NCBI GenBank assembly: GCA_977017575.1
Contig: CDRNVI010000033.1
Location: forward strand, 113,516 to 177,515
Length of the DNA: 64,000 nucleotides
From: Paramoeba atlantica
Lineage: Eukaryota; Protista; Discosea
Direction: 5' to 3'
The position numbers and the translations under genes were made by a program. Position 1 is the first letter of the stretch; every line of letters begins with the position of its first letter. This document shows, one piece after another, positions 40,253-53,058 of this stretch. Below the pieces are notes generated by a model, which saw only the letters and a list, made by a program, of their open reading frames with translations, ran no database searches and was not told the DNA's origin.

Positions 40253-40579
40253 ATGGCGAAAGCAGCTAAAGTCGCAAAGAAGAGCTCTGGTCACCGCAAG
40301 TCCAAGAAGACCTTCAACACCTACATCTACCGCACCCTGAAGCAGATCCACAAAAACGTGGGATTCAGCAGCAAAGGGATCAAAGTTGTGAACTCTTTCG
40401 TGCAAGACATCTTTGAGCGCCTTGCCGTCGAGGCAGCCTCCCTCACGCGCTTCAACAAGACCAAAACGTTGACTTCCCGCGAAGTACAAACCGCAGTGCG
40501 CCTGACTCTTCCCGCGGAGCTCGCAAAGCACGCAATGGCTGAGGGCACGAAGGCTGTCGCCAAGTTGGCCTCCCACTAA
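40253..40579 (+). CDS. H2B: Histone H2B (unit 1)
   Basis: [49 protein letters not shown]. Confidence 0.97.
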   Translation: MAKAAKVAKKSSGHRKSKKTFNTYIYRTLKQIHKNVGFSSKGIKVVNSFVQDIFERLAVEAASLTRFNKTKTLTSREVQTAVRLTLPAELAKHAMAEGTKAVAKLASH

Positions 40580-40910
40580 ATGCTGTGTGGTTCGACCAGG
40601 TAGCATGCAGAGGTGCAGCATCCGATCGTCATTTGTTCGAACTTTGTCGTAAAAAATGTTATTCAAACGTACAAAGCCGTCGTGTTCACTATTAAGGTAT
40701 ACTTAGCAGTGAGTTTCATTCTGTGACGGACAAGTACGATTTACACTATATTCATGACATTATGAGAATGTATGCATGCACCGGCTCCATCTTATGTGAG
40801 GTACATTCTTGATATTGCTCGCCCCTCTTTTCAAAATTTATTGTGACAAACCGAAAAAACGTGTTCTATTGAAAACCAGACATTTTTACTATCTATCCTC
40901 ATTTTCACTC

Positions 40911-41339
40911 ATGGCTCGCACCAAGGAATCGTCTCGTAAATCTACGGGGAAGGTACCACGCGCCGGTCTCGTCTCCAAAGGCAAGAAGACAAGCTCTTCC
41001 AAGGCGAAGAAAGCGTCCAGCGGCTCCAGTGGCACCAAGAAACCCCACCGCTTTCGCCCGGGGACCGTCGCCCTCCGTGACATCAAAAAGTACCAGAAGG
41101 GCACTGAACTTCTCCTCCGCAAGCTTCCCTTCCAGCGTCTGGTCCGTGAGATTGCTCTCAGCGGCAAAGATGGTCTGCGTTTCCAAGCCAGCGCCGTCCT
41201 CGCCATGCAGGAGGCAACGGAGGCCCACATGGTCAACTTGTTCGCGGACACCTGTCTGTGCGCTATCCACGGTCGCCGGGTAACCATCATGCCGAAGGAC
41301 GTCCAGCTCGCCGGCCGTCTCCGCGGCGAACGCTTCTAA
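40911..41339 (+). CDS. H3: Histone H3 (unit 1, R-to-G variant near C-terminus)
   Basis: [34 protein letters not shown]. Confidence 0.97.
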   Translation: MARTKESSRKSTGKVPRAGLVSKGKKTSSSKAKKASSGSSGTKKPHRFRPGTVALRDIKKYQKGTELLLRKLPFQRLVREIALSGKDGLRFQASAVLAMQEATEAHMVNLFADTCLCAIHGRRVTIMPKDVQLAGRLRGERF

Positions 41340-41673
41340 GCGTTTGTGAAATCCATTGAGTTCGGGAAGCCTCGCATACCCACTACGACAGCAACGATCT
41401 GAGGTTCTTTGTGCATTTCCTTCATTTTTGCACAAAGCCTTAATATGCTTTCTATGACATTAATGTTATTTGTAGTATCGGGTATAGAATGAATGCTTCA
41501 CCTCCCATTCCCTCAACATAGACCACAGCGGCGTCGTGGGGCAAAACACCCGCACACTGTGTGCGACGCTCCACAAACGAAATGGTTGTGTATTATGACG
41601 GATCTTGGCGCTCGTACGTAGTTTCTTTTTATCGTACTTTAGATTTTTTCATCTTACTTCCTATTCATTTCAA

Positions 41674-41982
41674 ATGGCGAAAGGCAAGAAATCTGGTGAT
41701 GCTAAGGGCGCACACGGCACGAAACGCCAAAAGAAGGCATTGAAGGACAACATCCGCGGAATCACAAAGCCCGCAATTCGCCGCCTTGCGCGCCGTGGTG
41801 GTGTCAAGCGCATCAGCGGAATCATGTACGAAGAGGTCCGTGGGATCCTCAAGTCTTTCGTGGAGGGCGTTGTCCGTGACAGCGTGACGTACACTGAGCA
41901 CAGCAAACGCCAGACGGTCACTGCTCTCGACGTCGTGTACGCTCTCCGCAAGCGTGGACGCATGTTGTACGGATACGCATAA
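41674..41982 (+). CDS. H4: Histone H4 (unit 1)
   Basis: [36 protein letters not shown]. Confidence 0.97.
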   Translation: MAKGKKSGDAKGAHGTKRQKKALKDNIRGITKPAIRRLARRGGVKRISGIMYEEVRGILKSFVEGVVRDSVTYTEHSKRQTVTALDVVYALRKRGRMLYGYA

Positions 41983-42302
41983 GGATGACACTGAACACAT
42001 GTTGATGCAACGGGTCTGAATCTCCACAAGGGTAATCGTCGGGTTCTCTCTCTGTCCCCGTGAATCATTTCTGTGCGCATTTTCTTTCGTATGAGTCTTG
42101 AGTTGCTTCTCTGGTATCATACTAGCGCTTGAAACATTCCGCCGTTTGGAGAAAACAATTGACCTATGAATCAACTCTTCGTAAGAAAACTATAATGCGC
42201 TCATAAGCAATACATCACGTCTTCTTTGTCCATTCACTCATTCGTAACAACTACTATTTTTTGAAAGAACTCTTATTACTTTTCTCTCTTATTCCTATCA
42301 CT

Positions 42303-42701
42303 ATGGCTACCCCGAAGAGCAGCAAGAAGGCGAAGAGCACCAAGAGCAGCCAGAAGAGCCGTGGCGCGAAGACGGGTCTGATCTTACCCGTGGGCCGCAT
42401 CGGCTCCATGCTCCGCCGTGGACGCTACACCAAGCGTGTGGCCTCCGCCGCCCCGGTGTACCTCGCCGCTGTGTTGGAGTACCTCACTGCCGAGCTTCTC
42501 GAGCTCTCCGGTAAGGTTGCGGGCCAGCACCACAAGAAGCGTATTACCCCTCGTGCCGTCACACTCGCCGTCCGTCACGACGAGGAGCTTTCTCAGCTGC
42601 TAAGCAACGTCACCTTCACTCAGGGCGGCGTACTTCCCAACCTTCACGACATGCTCAAGAAGAAGAAGGCATCCCGCAAGGCGAGCAGCCAACAGGTGTA
42701 A
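42303..42701 (+). CDS. H2A: Histone H2A (unit 2, GLILPV allele)
   Basis: Repeat copy; ATG 42303. Confidence 0.97.
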   Translation: MATPKSSKKAKSTKSSQKSRGAKTGLILPVGRIGSMLRRGRYTKRVASAAPVYLAAVLEYLTAELLELSGKVAGQHHKKRITPRAVTLAVRHDEELSQLLSNVTFTQGGVLPNLHDMLKKKKASRKASSQQV

Positions 42702-43028
42702 GGTGCAATGAGTGCGTTATAATACGTTGTCCCGCGTCACGTCACACAATCGGTACCCTTGTGAGATCCTTCTAGCATGGTGCTTCCCTTTCTTATGCAC
42801 CATCCTAGGCATGTATTGACATGTACCTTGGCTCAGTAGAGCTACATTTTGTGAAGTTTCGGCGGATGCAATCAACGACATTGCGCACATCATACTAGGA
42901 TACTGGTGGAGTATCGCGTGGGTGATACTTACCACGGTTCTCAATACATGTAAAACTTAAACCGTTCATTACGTAACCTCAATTTTTCGCCCTTATCCTT
43001 CTTTTTCTCCTACTCTACTTTATAACAC

Positions 43029-43355
43029 ATGGCGAAAGCAGCTAAAGTCGCAAAGAAGAGCTCTGGTCACCGCAAGTCCAAGAAGACCTTCAACACCTAC
43101 ATCTACCGCACCCTGAAGCAGATCCACAAAAACGTGGGATTCAGCAGCAAAGGGATCAAAGTTGTGAACTCTTTCGTGCAAGACATCTTTGAGCGCCTTG
43201 CCGTCGAGGCAGCCTCCCTCACGCGCTTCAACAAGACCAAAACGTTGACTTCCCGCGAAGTACAAACCGCAGTGCGCCTGACTCTTCCCGCGGAGCTCGC
43301 AAAGCACGCAATGGCTGAGGGAACGAAGGCTGTCGCCAAGTTGGCCTCCCACTAA
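43029..43355 (+). CDS. H2B: Histone H2B (unit 2)
   Basis: Repeat copy. Confidence 0.97.
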   Translation: MAKAAKVAKKSSGHRKSKKTFNTYIYRTLKQIHKNVGFSSKGIKVVNSFVQDIFERLAVEAASLTRFNKTKTLTSREVQTAVRLTLPAELAKHAMAEGTKAVAKLASH

Positions 43356-43680
43356 ATGCTGTGTGGTTCGACCAGGTAGCATGCAGAGGTGCAGCATCCG
43401 ATCGTCATGAACTTTGTTGTAAAAAATGTTATTCAAACGTACAAAGCCGTCGTGTTCACTATTAAGGTATACTTAGCAGTGAGTTTCATTCTGTGACGGA
43501 CAAGTACGATTTACACTATATTCATGACATTATGAGAATGTATGCATGCACCGGCTCCATCTTATGTGAGGTACATTCTTGATATTGCTCGCCCCTCTTT
43601 TCAAAATTTATTGTGACAAACCGAAAAAACCTGTTCTATTGAAAACCAGACATTTTTACTATCTATCCTCATTTTCACTC

Positions 43681-44109
43681 ATGGCTCGCACCAAGGAATC
43701 GTCTCGTAAATCTACGGGGAAGGTACCACGCGCCGGTCTCGTCTCCAAAGGCAAGAAGACAAGCTCTTCCAAGGCGAAGAAAGCGTCCAGCGGCTCCAGT
43801 GGCACCAAGAAGCCCCACCGCTTTCGCCCGGGGACCGTCGCCCTCCGTGACATCAAAAAGTACCAGAAGGGCACTGAGCTTCTCCTCCGCAAGCTTCCCT
43901 TCCAGCGTCTGGTCCGTGAGATTGCTCTCAGCGGCAAAGATGGTCTGCGTTTCCAAGCCAGCGCCGTCCTCGCCATGCAGGAGGCAACGGAGGCCCACAT
44001 GGTCAACTTGTTCGCTGACACCTGTCTGTGCGCTATCCACGGTCGCCGGGTAACCATCATGCCGAAGGACGTCCAGCTCGCCCGCCGTCTCCGCGGCGAA
44101 CGCTTCTAA
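43681..44109 (+). CDS. H3: Histone H3 (unit 2)
   Basis: Repeat copy. Confidence 0.97.
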   Translation: MARTKESSRKSTGKVPRAGLVSKGKKTSSSKAKKASSGSSGTKKPHRFRPGTVALRDIKKYQKGTELLLRKLPFQRLVREIALSGKDGLRFQASAVLAMQEATEAHMVNLFADTCLCAIHGRRVTIMPKDVQLARRLRGERF

Positions 44110-44443
44110 GCGTTTGTGAAATCCATTGAGTTCGGGAAGCCTCGCATACCCACTACGACAGCAACGATCTGAGGTTCTTTGTGCATTTCCTTCATTTTTG
44201 CACAAAGCCTTAATATGCTTTCTATGACATTAATGTTATTTGTAGTATCGGGTATAGGATGAATGCTTCACCTCCCATTCCCTCAACATAGACCACAGCG
44301 GCGTCGTGGGGCAAAACACACGCACACTGTGTGCGACGCTCCACAAACGAAATGGTTGTGTATTATGACGGATCTTGGCGCTCGTACGTAGTTTCTTTTT
44401 ATCGTACTTTAGATTTTTTCATCTTACTTCCTATTCATTTCAA

Positions 44444-44752
44444 ATGGCGAAAGGCAAGAAATCTGGTGATGCTAAGGGCGCACACGGCACGAAACGCCAA
44501 AAGAAGGCATTGAAGGACAACATCCGCGGAATCACAAAGCCCGCAATTCGCCGCCTTGCGCGCCGTGGTGGTGTCAAGCGCATCAGCGGAATCATGTACG
44601 AAGAGGTCCGTGGGATCCTCAAGTCTTTCGTGGAGGGCGTTGTCCGTGACAGCGTGACGTACACTGAGCACAGCAAACGCCAGACGGTCACTGCTCTCGA
44701 CGTCGTGTACGCTCTCCGCAAGCGTGGACGCATGTTGTACGGATACGCATAA
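44444..44752 (+). CDS. H4: Histone H4 (unit 2)
   Basis: Repeat copy. Confidence 0.97.
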   Translation: MAKGKKSGDAKGAHGTKRQKKALKDNIRGITKPAIRRLARRGGVKRISGIMYEEVRGILKSFVEGVVRDSVTYTEHSKRQTVTALDVVYALRKRGRMLYGYA

Positions 44753-45072
44753 GGATGACACTGAACACATGTTGATGCAACGGGTCTGAATCTCCACAAG
44801 GGTAATCGTCGGGTTCTCTCTCTGTCCCCGTGAATCATTTCTGTGCGCATTTTCTTTCGTATGAGTCTTGAGTTGCTTCTCTGGTATCATACTAGCGCTT
44901 GAAACATTCCGCCGTTTGGAGAAAACAATTGACCTATGAATCAACTCTTCGTAAGAAAACTATAATGCGCTCATAAGCAATACATCACGTCTTCTTTGTC
45001 CATTCACTCATTCGTAACAACTACTATTTTTTGAAAGAACTCTTATTACTTTTCTCTCTTATTCCTATCACT

Positions 45073-45471
45073 ATGGCTACCCCGAAGAGCAGCAAGAAGG
45101 CGAAGAGCACCAAGAGCAGCCAGAAGAGCCGTGGCGCGAAGACGGGTCTGATCTTACCCGTGGGCCGCATCGGCTCCATGCTCCGCCGTGGACGCTACAC
45201 CAAGCGTGTGGCCTCCGCCGCCCCGGTGTACCTCGCCGCTGTGTTGGAGTACCTCACTGCCGAGCTTCTCGAGCTCTCCGGTAAGGTTGCGGGCCAGCAC
45301 CACAAGAAGCGTATTACCCCTCGTGCCGTCACACTCGCCGTCCGTCACGACGAGGAGCTTTCTCAGCTGCTAAGCAACGTCACCTTCACTCAGGGCGGCG
45401 TACTTCCCAACCTTCACGACATGCTCAAGAAGAAGAAGGCATCCCGCAAGGCGAGCAGCCAACAGGTGTAA
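45073..45471 (+). CDS. H2A: Histone H2A (unit 3, GLILPV allele)
   Basis: Repeat copy. Confidence 0.97.
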   Translation: MATPKSSKKAKSTKSSQKSRGAKTGLILPVGRIGSMLRRGRYTKRVASAAPVYLAAVLEYLTAELLELSGKVAGQHHKKRITPRAVTLAVRHDEELSQLLSNVTFTQGGVLPNLHDMLKKKKASRKASSQQV

Positions 45472-45798
45472 GGTGCAATGAGTGCGTTATAATACGTTGT
45501 CCCGCGTCACGTCACACAATCGGTACCCTTGTGAGATCCTTCTAGCATGGTGCTTCCCTTTCTTATGCACCATCCTAGGCATGTATTGACATGTACCTTG
45601 GCTCAGTAGAGCTACATTTTGTGAAGTTTCGGCGGATGCAATCAACGACATTGCGCACATCATACTAGGATACTGGTGGAGTATCGCGTGGGTGATACTT
45701 ACCACGGTTCTCAATACATGTAAAACTTAAACCGTTCATTACGTAACCTCAATTTTTCGCCCTTATCCTTCTTTTTCTCCTACTCTACTTTATAACAC

Positions 45799-46125
45799 AT
45801 GGCGAAAGCAGCTAAAGTCGCAAAGAAGAGCTCTGGTCACCGCAAGTCCAAGAAGACCTTCAACACCTACATCTACCGCACCCTGAAGCAGATCCACAAA
45901 AACGTGGGATTCAGCAGCAAAGGGATCAAAGTTGTGAACTCTTTCGTGCAAGACATCTTTGAGCGCCTTGCCGTCGAGGCAGCCTCCCTCACGCGCTTCA
46001 ACAAGACCAAAACGTTGACTTCCCGCGAAGTACAAACCGCAGTGCGCCTGACTCTTCCCGCGGAGCTCGCAAAGCACGCAATGGCTGAGGGAACGAAGGC
46101 TGTCGCCAAGTTGGCCTCCCACTAA
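45799..46125 (+). CDS. H2B: Histone H2B (unit 3)
   Basis: Repeat copy. Confidence 0.97.
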   Translation: MAKAAKVAKKSSGHRKSKKTFNTYIYRTLKQIHKNVGFSSKGIKVVNSFVQDIFERLAVEAASLTRFNKTKTLTSREVQTAVRLTLPAELAKHAMAEGTKAVAKLASH

Positions 46126-46450
46126 ATGCTGTGTGGTTCGACCAGGTAGCATGCAGAGGTGCAGCATCCGATCGTCATGAACTTTGTTGTAAAAAATGTT
46201 ATTCAAACGTACAAAGCCGTCGTGTTCACTATTAAGGTATACTTAGCAGTGAGTTTCATTCTGTGACGGACAAGTACGATTTACACTATATTCATGACAT
46301 TATGAGAATGTATGCATGCACCGGCTCCATCTTATGTGAGGTACATTCTTGATATTGCTCGCCCCTCTTTTCAAAATTTATTGTGACAAACCGAAAAAAC
46401 GTGTTCTATTGAAAACCAGACATTTTTACTATCTATCCTCATTTTCACTC

Positions 46451-46879
46451 ATGGCTCGCACCAAGGAATCGTCTCGTAAATCTACGGGGAAGGTACCACG
46501 CGCCGGTCTCGTCTCCAAAGGCAAGAAGACAAGCTCTTCCAAGGCGAAGAAAGCGTCCAGCGGCTCCAGTGGCACCAAGAAGCCCCACCGCTTTCGCCCG
46601 GGGACCGTCGCCCTCCGTGACATCAAAAAGTACCAGAAGGGCACTGAGCTTCTCCTCCGCAAGCTTCCCTTCCAGCGTCTGGTCCGTGAGATTGCTCTCA
46701 GCGGCAAAGATGGTCTGCGTTTCCAAGCCAGCGCCGTCCTCGCCATGCAGGAGGCAACGGAGGCCCACATGGTCAACTTGTTCGCTGACACCTGTCTGTG
46801 CGCTATCCACGGTCGCCGGGTAACCATCATGCCGAAGGACGTCCAGCTCGCCCGCCGTCTCCGCGGCGAACGCTTCTAA
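46451..46879 (+). CDS. H3: Histone H3 (unit 3)
   Basis: Repeat copy. Confidence 0.97.
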   Translation: MARTKESSRKSTGKVPRAGLVSKGKKTSSSKAKKASSGSSGTKKPHRFRPGTVALRDIKKYQKGTELLLRKLPFQRLVREIALSGKDGLRFQASAVLAMQEATEAHMVNLFADTCLCAIHGRRVTIMPKDVQLARRLRGERF

Positions 46880-47213
46880 GCGTTTGTGAAATCCATTGAG
46901 TTCGGGAAGCCTCGCATACCCACTACGACAGCAACGATCTGAGGTTCTTTGTGCATTTCCTTCATTTTTGCACAAAGCCTTAATATGCTTTCTATGACAT
47001 TAATGTTATTTGTAGTATCGGGTATAGGATGAATGCTTCACCTCCCATTCCCTCAACATAGACCACAGCGGCGTCGTGGGGCAAAACACACGCACACTGT
47101 GTGCGACGCTCCACAAACGAAATGGTTGTGTATTATGACGGATCTTGGCGCTCGTACGTAGTTTCTTTTTATCGTACTTTAGATTTTTTCATCTTACTTC
47201 CTATTCATTTCAA

Positions 47214-47522
47214 ATGGCGAAAGGCAAGAAATCTGGTGATGCTAAGGGCGCACACGGCACGAAACGCCAAAAGAAGGCATTGAAGGACAACATCCGCGGA
47301 ATCACAAAGCCCGCAATTCGCCGCCTTGCGCGCCGTGGTGGTGTCAAGCGCATCAGCGGAATCATGTACGAAGAGGTCCGTGGGATCCTCAAGTCTTTCG
47401 TGGAGGGCGTTGTCCGTGACAGCGTGACGTACACTGAGCACAGCAAACGCCAGACGGTCACTGCTCTCGACGTCGTGTACGCTCTCCGCAAGCGTGGACG
47501 CATGTTGTACGGATACGCATAA
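47214..47522 (+). CDS. H4: Histone H4 (unit 3)
   Basis: Repeat copy. Confidence 0.97.
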   Translation: MAKGKKSGDAKGAHGTKRQKKALKDNIRGITKPAIRRLARRGGVKRISGIMYEEVRGILKSFVEGVVRDSVTYTEHSKRQTVTALDVVYALRKRGRMLYGYA

Positions 47523-47842
47523 GGATGACACTGAACACATGTTGATGCAACGGGTCTGAATCTCCACAAGGGTAATCGTCGGGTTCTCTCTCTGTCCCCG
47601 TGAATCATTTCTGTGCGCATTTTCTTTCGTATGAGTCTTGAGTTGCTTCTCTGGTATCATACTAGCGCTTGAAACATTCCGCCGTTTGGAGAAAACAATT
47701 GACCTATGAATCAACTCTTCGTAAGAAAACTATAATGCGCTCATAAGCAATACATCACGTCTTCTTTGTCCATTCACTCATTCGTAACAACTACTATTTT
47801 TTGAAAGAACTCTTATTACTTTTCTCTCTTATTCCTATCACT

Positions 47843-48241
47843 ATGGCTACCCCGAAGAGCAGCAAGAAGGCGAAGAGCACCAAGAGCAGCCAGAAGAGCC
47901 GTGGCGCGAAGACGGGTCTGATCTTACCCGTGGGCCGCATCGGCTCCATGCTCCGCCGTGGACGCTACACCAAGCGTGTGGCCTCCGCCGCCCCGGTGTA
48001 CCTCGCCGCTGTGTTGGAGTACCTCACTGCCGAGCTTCTCGAGCTCTCCGGTAAGGTTGCGGGCCAGCACCACAAGAAGCGTATTACCCCTCGTGCCGTC
48101 ACACTCGCCGTCCGTCACGACGAGGAGCTTTCTCAGCTGCTAAGCAACGTCACCTTCACTCAGGGCGGCGTACTTCCCAACCTTCACGACATGCTCAAGA
48201 AGAAGAAGGCATCCCGCAAGGCGAGCAGCCAACAGGTGTAA
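47843..48241 (+). CDS. H2A: Histone H2A (unit 4, GLILPV allele)
   Basis: Repeat copy. Confidence 0.97.
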   Translation: MATPKSSKKAKSTKSSQKSRGAKTGLILPVGRIGSMLRRGRYTKRVASAAPVYLAAVLEYLTAELLELSGKVAGQHHKKRITPRAVTLAVRHDEELSQLLSNVTFTQGGVLPNLHDMLKKKKASRKASSQQV

Positions 48242-48568
48242 GGTGCAATGAGTGCGTTATAATACGTTGTCCCGCGTCACGTCACACAATCGGTACCCTT
48301 GTGAGATCCTTCTAGCATGGTGCTTCCCTTTCTTATGCACCATCCTAGGCATGTATTGACATGTACCTTGGCTCAGTAGAGCTACATTTTGTGAAGTTTC
48401 GGCGGATGCAATCAACGACATTGCGCACATCATACTAGGATACTGGTGGAGTATCGCGTGGGTGATACTTACCACGGTTCTCAATACATGTAAAACTTAA
48501 ACCGTTCATTACGTAACCTCAATTTTTCGCCCTTATCCTTCTTTTTCTCCTACTCTACTTTATAACAC

Positions 48569-48895
48569 ATGGCGAAAGCAGCTAAAGTCGCAAAGAAGAG
48601 CTCTGGTCACCGCAAGTCCAAGAAGACCTTCAACACCTACATCTACCGCACCCTGAAGCAGATCCACAAAAACGTGGGATTCAGCAGCAAAGGGATCAAA
48701 GTTGTGAACTCTTTCGTGCAAGACATCTTTGAGCGCCTTGCCGTCGAGGCAGCCTCCCTCACGCGCTTCAACAAGACCAAAACGTTGACTTCCCGCGAAG
48801 TACAAACCGCAGTGCGCCTGACTCTTCCCGCGGAGCTCGCAAAGCACGCAATGGCTGAGGGAACGAAGGCTGTCGCCAAGTTGGCCTCCCACTAA
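48569..48895 (+). CDS. H2B: Histone H2B (unit 4)
   Basis: Repeat copy. Confidence 0.97.
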   Translation: MAKAAKVAKKSSGHRKSKKTFNTYIYRTLKQIHKNVGFSSKGIKVVNSFVQDIFERLAVEAASLTRFNKTKTLTSREVQTAVRLTLPAELAKHAMAEGTKAVAKLASH

Positions 48896-49220
48896 ATGCT
48901 GTGTGGTTCGACCAGGTAGCATGCAGAGGTGCAGCATCCGATCGTCATGAACTTTGTTGTAAAAAATGTTATTCAAACGTACAAAGCCGTCGTGTTCACT
49001 ATTAAGGTATACTTAGCAGTGAGTTTCATTCTGTGACGGACAAGTACGATTTACACTATATTCATGACATTATGAGAATGTATGCATGCACCGGCTCCAT
49101 CTTATGTGAGGTACATTCTTGATATTTCTCGCCCCTCTTTTCAAAATTTATTGTGACAAACCGAAAAAACGTGTTCTATTGAAAACCAGACATTTTTACT
49201 ATCTATCCTCATTTTCACTC

Positions 49221-49649
49221 ATGGCTCGCACCAAGGAATCGTCTCGTAAATCTACGGGGAAGGTACCACGCGCCGGTCTCGTCTCCAAAGGCAAGAAGAC
49301 AAGCTCTTCCAAGGCGAAGAAAGCGTCCAGCGGCTCCAGTGGCACCAAGAAGCCCCACCGCTTTCGCCCGGGGACCGTCGCCCTCCGTGACATCAAAAAG
49401 TACCAGAAGGGCACTGAACTTCTCCTCCGCAAGCTTCCCTTCCAGCGTCTGGTCCGTGAGATTGCTCTCAGCGGCAAAGATGGTCTGCGTTTCCAAGCCA
49501 GCGCCGTCCTCGCCATGCAGGAGGCAACGGAGGCCCACATGGTCAACTTGTTCGCTGACACCTGTCTGTGCGCTATCCACGGTCGCCGGGTAACCATCAT
49601 GCCGAAGGACGTCCAGCTCGCCCGCCGTCTCCGCGGCGAACGCTTCTAA
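49221..49649 (+). CDS. H3: Histone H3 (unit 4)
   Basis: Repeat copy. Confidence 0.97.
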   Translation: MARTKESSRKSTGKVPRAGLVSKGKKTSSSKAKKASSGSSGTKKPHRFRPGTVALRDIKKYQKGTELLLRKLPFQRLVREIALSGKDGLRFQASAVLAMQEATEAHMVNLFADTCLCAIHGRRVTIMPKDVQLARRLRGERF

Positions 49650-49983
49650 GCGTTTGTGAAATCCATTGAGTTCGGGAAGCCTCGCATACCCACTACGACA
49701 GCAACGATCTGAGGTTCTTTGTGCATTTCCTTCATTTTTGCACAAAGCCTTAATATGCTTTCTATGACATTAATGTTATTTGTAGTATCGGGTATAGGAT
49801 GAATGCTTCACCTCCCATTCCCTCAACATAGACCACAGCGGCGTCGTGGGGCAAAACACACGCACACTGTGTGCGACGCTCCACAAACGAAATGGTTGTG
49901 TATTATGACGGATCTTGGCGCTCGTACGTAGTTTCTTTTTATCGTACTTTAGATTTTTTCATCTTACTTCCTATTCATTTCAA

Positions 49984-50292
49984 ATGGCGAAAGGCAAGAA
50001 ATCTGGTGATGCTAAGGGCGCACACGGCACGAAACGCCAAAAGAAGGCATTGAAGGACAACATCCGCGGAATCACAAAGCCCGCAATTCGCCGCCTTGCG
50101 CGCCGTGGTGGTGTCAAGCGCATCAGCGGAATCATGTACGAAGAGGTCCGTGGGATCCTCAAGTCTTTCGTGGAGGGCGTTGTCCGTGACAGCGTGACGT
50201 ACACTGAGCACAGCAAGCGCCAGACGGTCACTGCTCTCGACGTCGTGTACGCTCTCCGCAAGCGTGGACGCATGTTGTACGGATACGCATAA
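49984..50292 (+). CDS. H4: Histone H4 (unit 4)
   Basis: Repeat copy. Confidence 0.97.
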   Translation: MAKGKKSGDAKGAHGTKRQKKALKDNIRGITKPAIRRLARRGGVKRISGIMYEEVRGILKSFVEGVVRDSVTYTEHSKRQTVTALDVVYALRKRGRMLYGYA

Positions 50293-50612
50293 GGATGACA
50301 CTGAACACATGTTGATGCAACGGGTCTGAATCTCCACAAGGGTAATCGTCGGGTTCTCTCTCTGTCCCCGTGAATCATTTCTGTGCGCATTTTCTTTCGT
50401 ATGAGTCTTGAGTTGCTTCTCTGGTATCATACTAGCGCTTGAAACATTCCGCCGTTTGGAGAAAACAATTGACCTATGAATCAACTCTTCGTAAGAAAAC
50501 TATAATGCGCTCATAAGCAATACATCACGTCTTATTTGTCCATTCACTCATTCGTAACAACTACTATTTTTTGAAAGAACTCTTATTACTTTTCTCTCTT
50601 ATTCCTATCACT

Positions 50613-51011
50613 ATGGCTACCCCGAAGAGCAGCAAGAAGGCGAAGAGCACCAAGAGCAGCCAGAAGAGCCGTGGCGCGAAGACGGGTCTGATCTTTCCCG
50701 TGGGCCGCATCGGCTCCATGCTCCGCCGTGGACGCTACACCAAGCGTGTGGCCTCCGCCGCCCCGGTGTACCTCGCCGCTGTGTTGGAGTACCTCACTGC
50801 CGAGCTTCTCGAGCTCTCCGGTAAGGTTGCGGGCCAGCACCACAAGAAGCGTATTACCCCTCGTGCCGTCACACTCGCCGTCCGTCACGACGAGGAGCTT
50901 TCTCAGCTGCTAAGCAACGTCACCTTCACTCAGGGCGGCGTACTTCCCAACCTTCACGACATGCTCAAGAAGAAGAAGGCATCCCGCAAGGCGAGCAGCC
51001 AACAGGTGTAA
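50613..51011 (+). CDS. H2A: Histone H2A (unit 5)
   Basis: Repeat copy, GLIFPV. Confidence 0.97.
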   Translation: MATPKSSKKAKSTKSSQKSRGAKTGLIFPVGRIGSMLRRGRYTKRVASAAPVYLAAVLEYLTAELLELSGKVAGQHHKKRITPRAVTLAVRHDEELSQLLSNVTFTQGGVLPNLHDMLKKKKASRKASSQQV

Positions 51012-51338
51012 GGTGCAATGAGTGCGTTATAATACGTTGTCCCGCGTCACGTCACACAATCGGTACCCTTGTGAGATCCTTCTAGCATGGTGCTTCCCTT
51101 TCTTATGCACCATCCTAGGCATGTATTGACATGTACCTTGGCTCAGTAGAGCTACATTTTGTGAAGTTTCGGCGGATGCAATCAACGACATTGCGCACAT
51201 CATACTAGGATACTGGTGGAGTATCGCGTGGGTGATACTTACCACGGTTCTCAATACATGTAAAACTTAAACCGTTCATTACGTAACCTCAATTTTTCGC
51301 CCTTATCCTTCTTTTTCTCCTACTCTACTTTATAACAC

Positions 51339-51665
51339 ATGGCGAAAGCAGCTAAAGTCGCAAAGAAGAGCTCTGGTCACCGCAAGTCCAAGAAGACCTT
51401 CAACACCTACATCTACCGCACCCTGAAGCAGATCCACAAAAACGTGGGATTCAGCAGCAAAGGGATCAAAGTTGTGAACTCTTTCGTGCAAGACATCTTT
51501 GAGCGCCTTGCCGTCGAGGCAGCCTCCCTCACGCGCTTCAACAAGACCAAAACGTTGACTTCCCGCGAAGTACAAACCGCAGTGCGCCTGACTCTTCCCG
51601 CGGAGCTCGCAAAGCACGCAATGGCTGAGGGAACGAAGGCTGTCGCCAAGTTGGCCTCCCACTAA
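51339..51665 (+). CDS. H2B: Histone H2B (unit 5)
   Basis: Repeat copy. Confidence 0.97.
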   Translation: MAKAAKVAKKSSGHRKSKKTFNTYIYRTLKQIHKNVGFSSKGIKVVNSFVQDIFERLAVEAASLTRFNKTKTLTSREVQTAVRLTLPAELAKHAMAEGTKAVAKLASH

Positions 51666-51986
51666 ATGCTGTGTGGTTCGACCAGGTAGCATGCAGAGGT
51701 GCAGCATCCGATCGTCATGAACTTTGTTGTAAAAAATGTTATTCAAACGTACAAAGCCGTCGTGTTCACTATTAAGGTATACTTAGCAGTGAGTTTCATT
51801 CTGTGACGGACAAGTACGATTTACACTATATTCATGACATTATGAGAATGTATGCATGCACCGGCTCCATCTTATGTGAGGTACATTCTTGATATTTCTC
51901 GCCCCTCTTTTCAAAATTTATTGTGACAAACCGAAAAAACGTGTTCTATTGAAAACCAGACATTTTTACTATCCTCATTTTCACTC

Positions 51987-52415
51987 ATGGCTCGCACCAA
52001 GGAATCGTCTCGTAAATCTACGGGGAAGGTACCACGCGCCGGTCTCGTCTCCAAAGGCAAGAAGACAAGCTCTTCCAAGGCGAAGAAAGCGTCCAGCGGC
52101 TCCAGTGGCACCAAGAAGCCCCACCGCTTTCGCCCGGGGACCGTCGCCCTCCGTGACATCAAAAAGTACCAGAAGGGCACTGAACTTCTCCTCCGCAAGC
52201 TTCCCTTCCAGCGTCTGGTCCGTGAGATTGCTCTCAGCGGCAAAGATGGTCTGCGTTTCCAAGCCAGCGCCGTCCTCGCCATGCAGGAGGCAACGGAGGC
52301 CCACATGGTCAACTTGTTCGCTGACACCTGTCTGTGCGCTATCCACGGTCGCCGGGTAACCATCATGCCGAAGGACGTCCAGCTCGCCCGCCGTCTCCGC
52401 GGCGAACGCTTCTAA
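51987..52415 (+). CDS. H3: Histone H3 (unit 5)
   Basis: Repeat copy; 4-bp deletion in the upstream spacer. Confidence 0.97.
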   Translation: MARTKESSRKSTGKVPRAGLVSKGKKTSSSKAKKASSGSSGTKKPHRFRPGTVALRDIKKYQKGTELLLRKLPFQRLVREIALSGKDGLRFQASAVLAMQEATEAHMVNLFADTCLCAIHGRRVTIMPKDVQLARRLRGERF

Positions 52416-52749
52416 GCGTTTGTGAAATCCATTGAGTTCGGGAAGCCTCGCATACCCACTACGACAGCAACGATCTGAGGTTCTTTGTGCATTTCCTTCA
52501 TTTTTGCACAAAGCCTTAATATGCTTTCTATGACATTAATGTTATTTGTAGTATCGGGTATAGGATGAATGCTTCACCTCCCATTCCCTCAACATAGACC
52601 ACAGCGGCGTCGTGGGGCAAAACACACGCACACTGTGTGCGACGCTCCACAAACGAAATGGTTGTGTATTATGACGGATCTTGGCGCTCGTACGTAGTTT
52701 CTTTTTATCGTACTTTAGATTTTTTCATCTTACTTCCTATTCATTTCAA

Positions 52750-53058
52750 ATGGCGAAAGGCAAGAAATCTGGTGATGCTAAGGGCGCACACGGCACGAAA
52801 CGCCAAAAGAAGGCATTGAAGGACAACATCCGCGGAATCACAAAGCCCGCAATTCGCCGCCTTGCGCGCCGTGGTGGTGTCAAGCGCATCAGCGGAATCA
52901 TGTACGAAGAGGTCCGTGGGATCCTCAAGTCTTTCGTGGAGGGCGTTGTCCGTGACAGCGTGACGTACACTGAGCACAGCAAACGCCAGACGGTCACTGC
53001 TCTCGACGTCGTGTACGCTCTCCGCAAGCGTGGACGCATGTTGTACGGATACGCATAA
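52750..53058 (+). CDS. H4: Histone H4 (unit 5)
   Basis: Repeat copy. Confidence 0.97.
   Translation: MAKGKKSGDAKGAHGTKRQKKALKDNIRGITKPAIRRLARRGGVKRISGIMYEEVRGILKSFVEGVVRDSVTYTEHSKRQTVTALDVVYALRKRGRMLYGYA

Noticed and set aside
41340-41673. Metazoan histone 3' stem-loop or Crithidia cycling octamer in the histone spacers
   Set aside because: No GGYYYTTYHRRRRCC stem-loop seen; only a 6-mer CATAGA, expected by chance
40809-42302. N-terminal extensions of H3, H4 and H2A in the ORF track
   Set aside because: They start at TTG in pyrimidine-rich spacers, and the H3 extension is broken by the 4-bp deletion in unit 5; true starts are MART, MAKG, MATP
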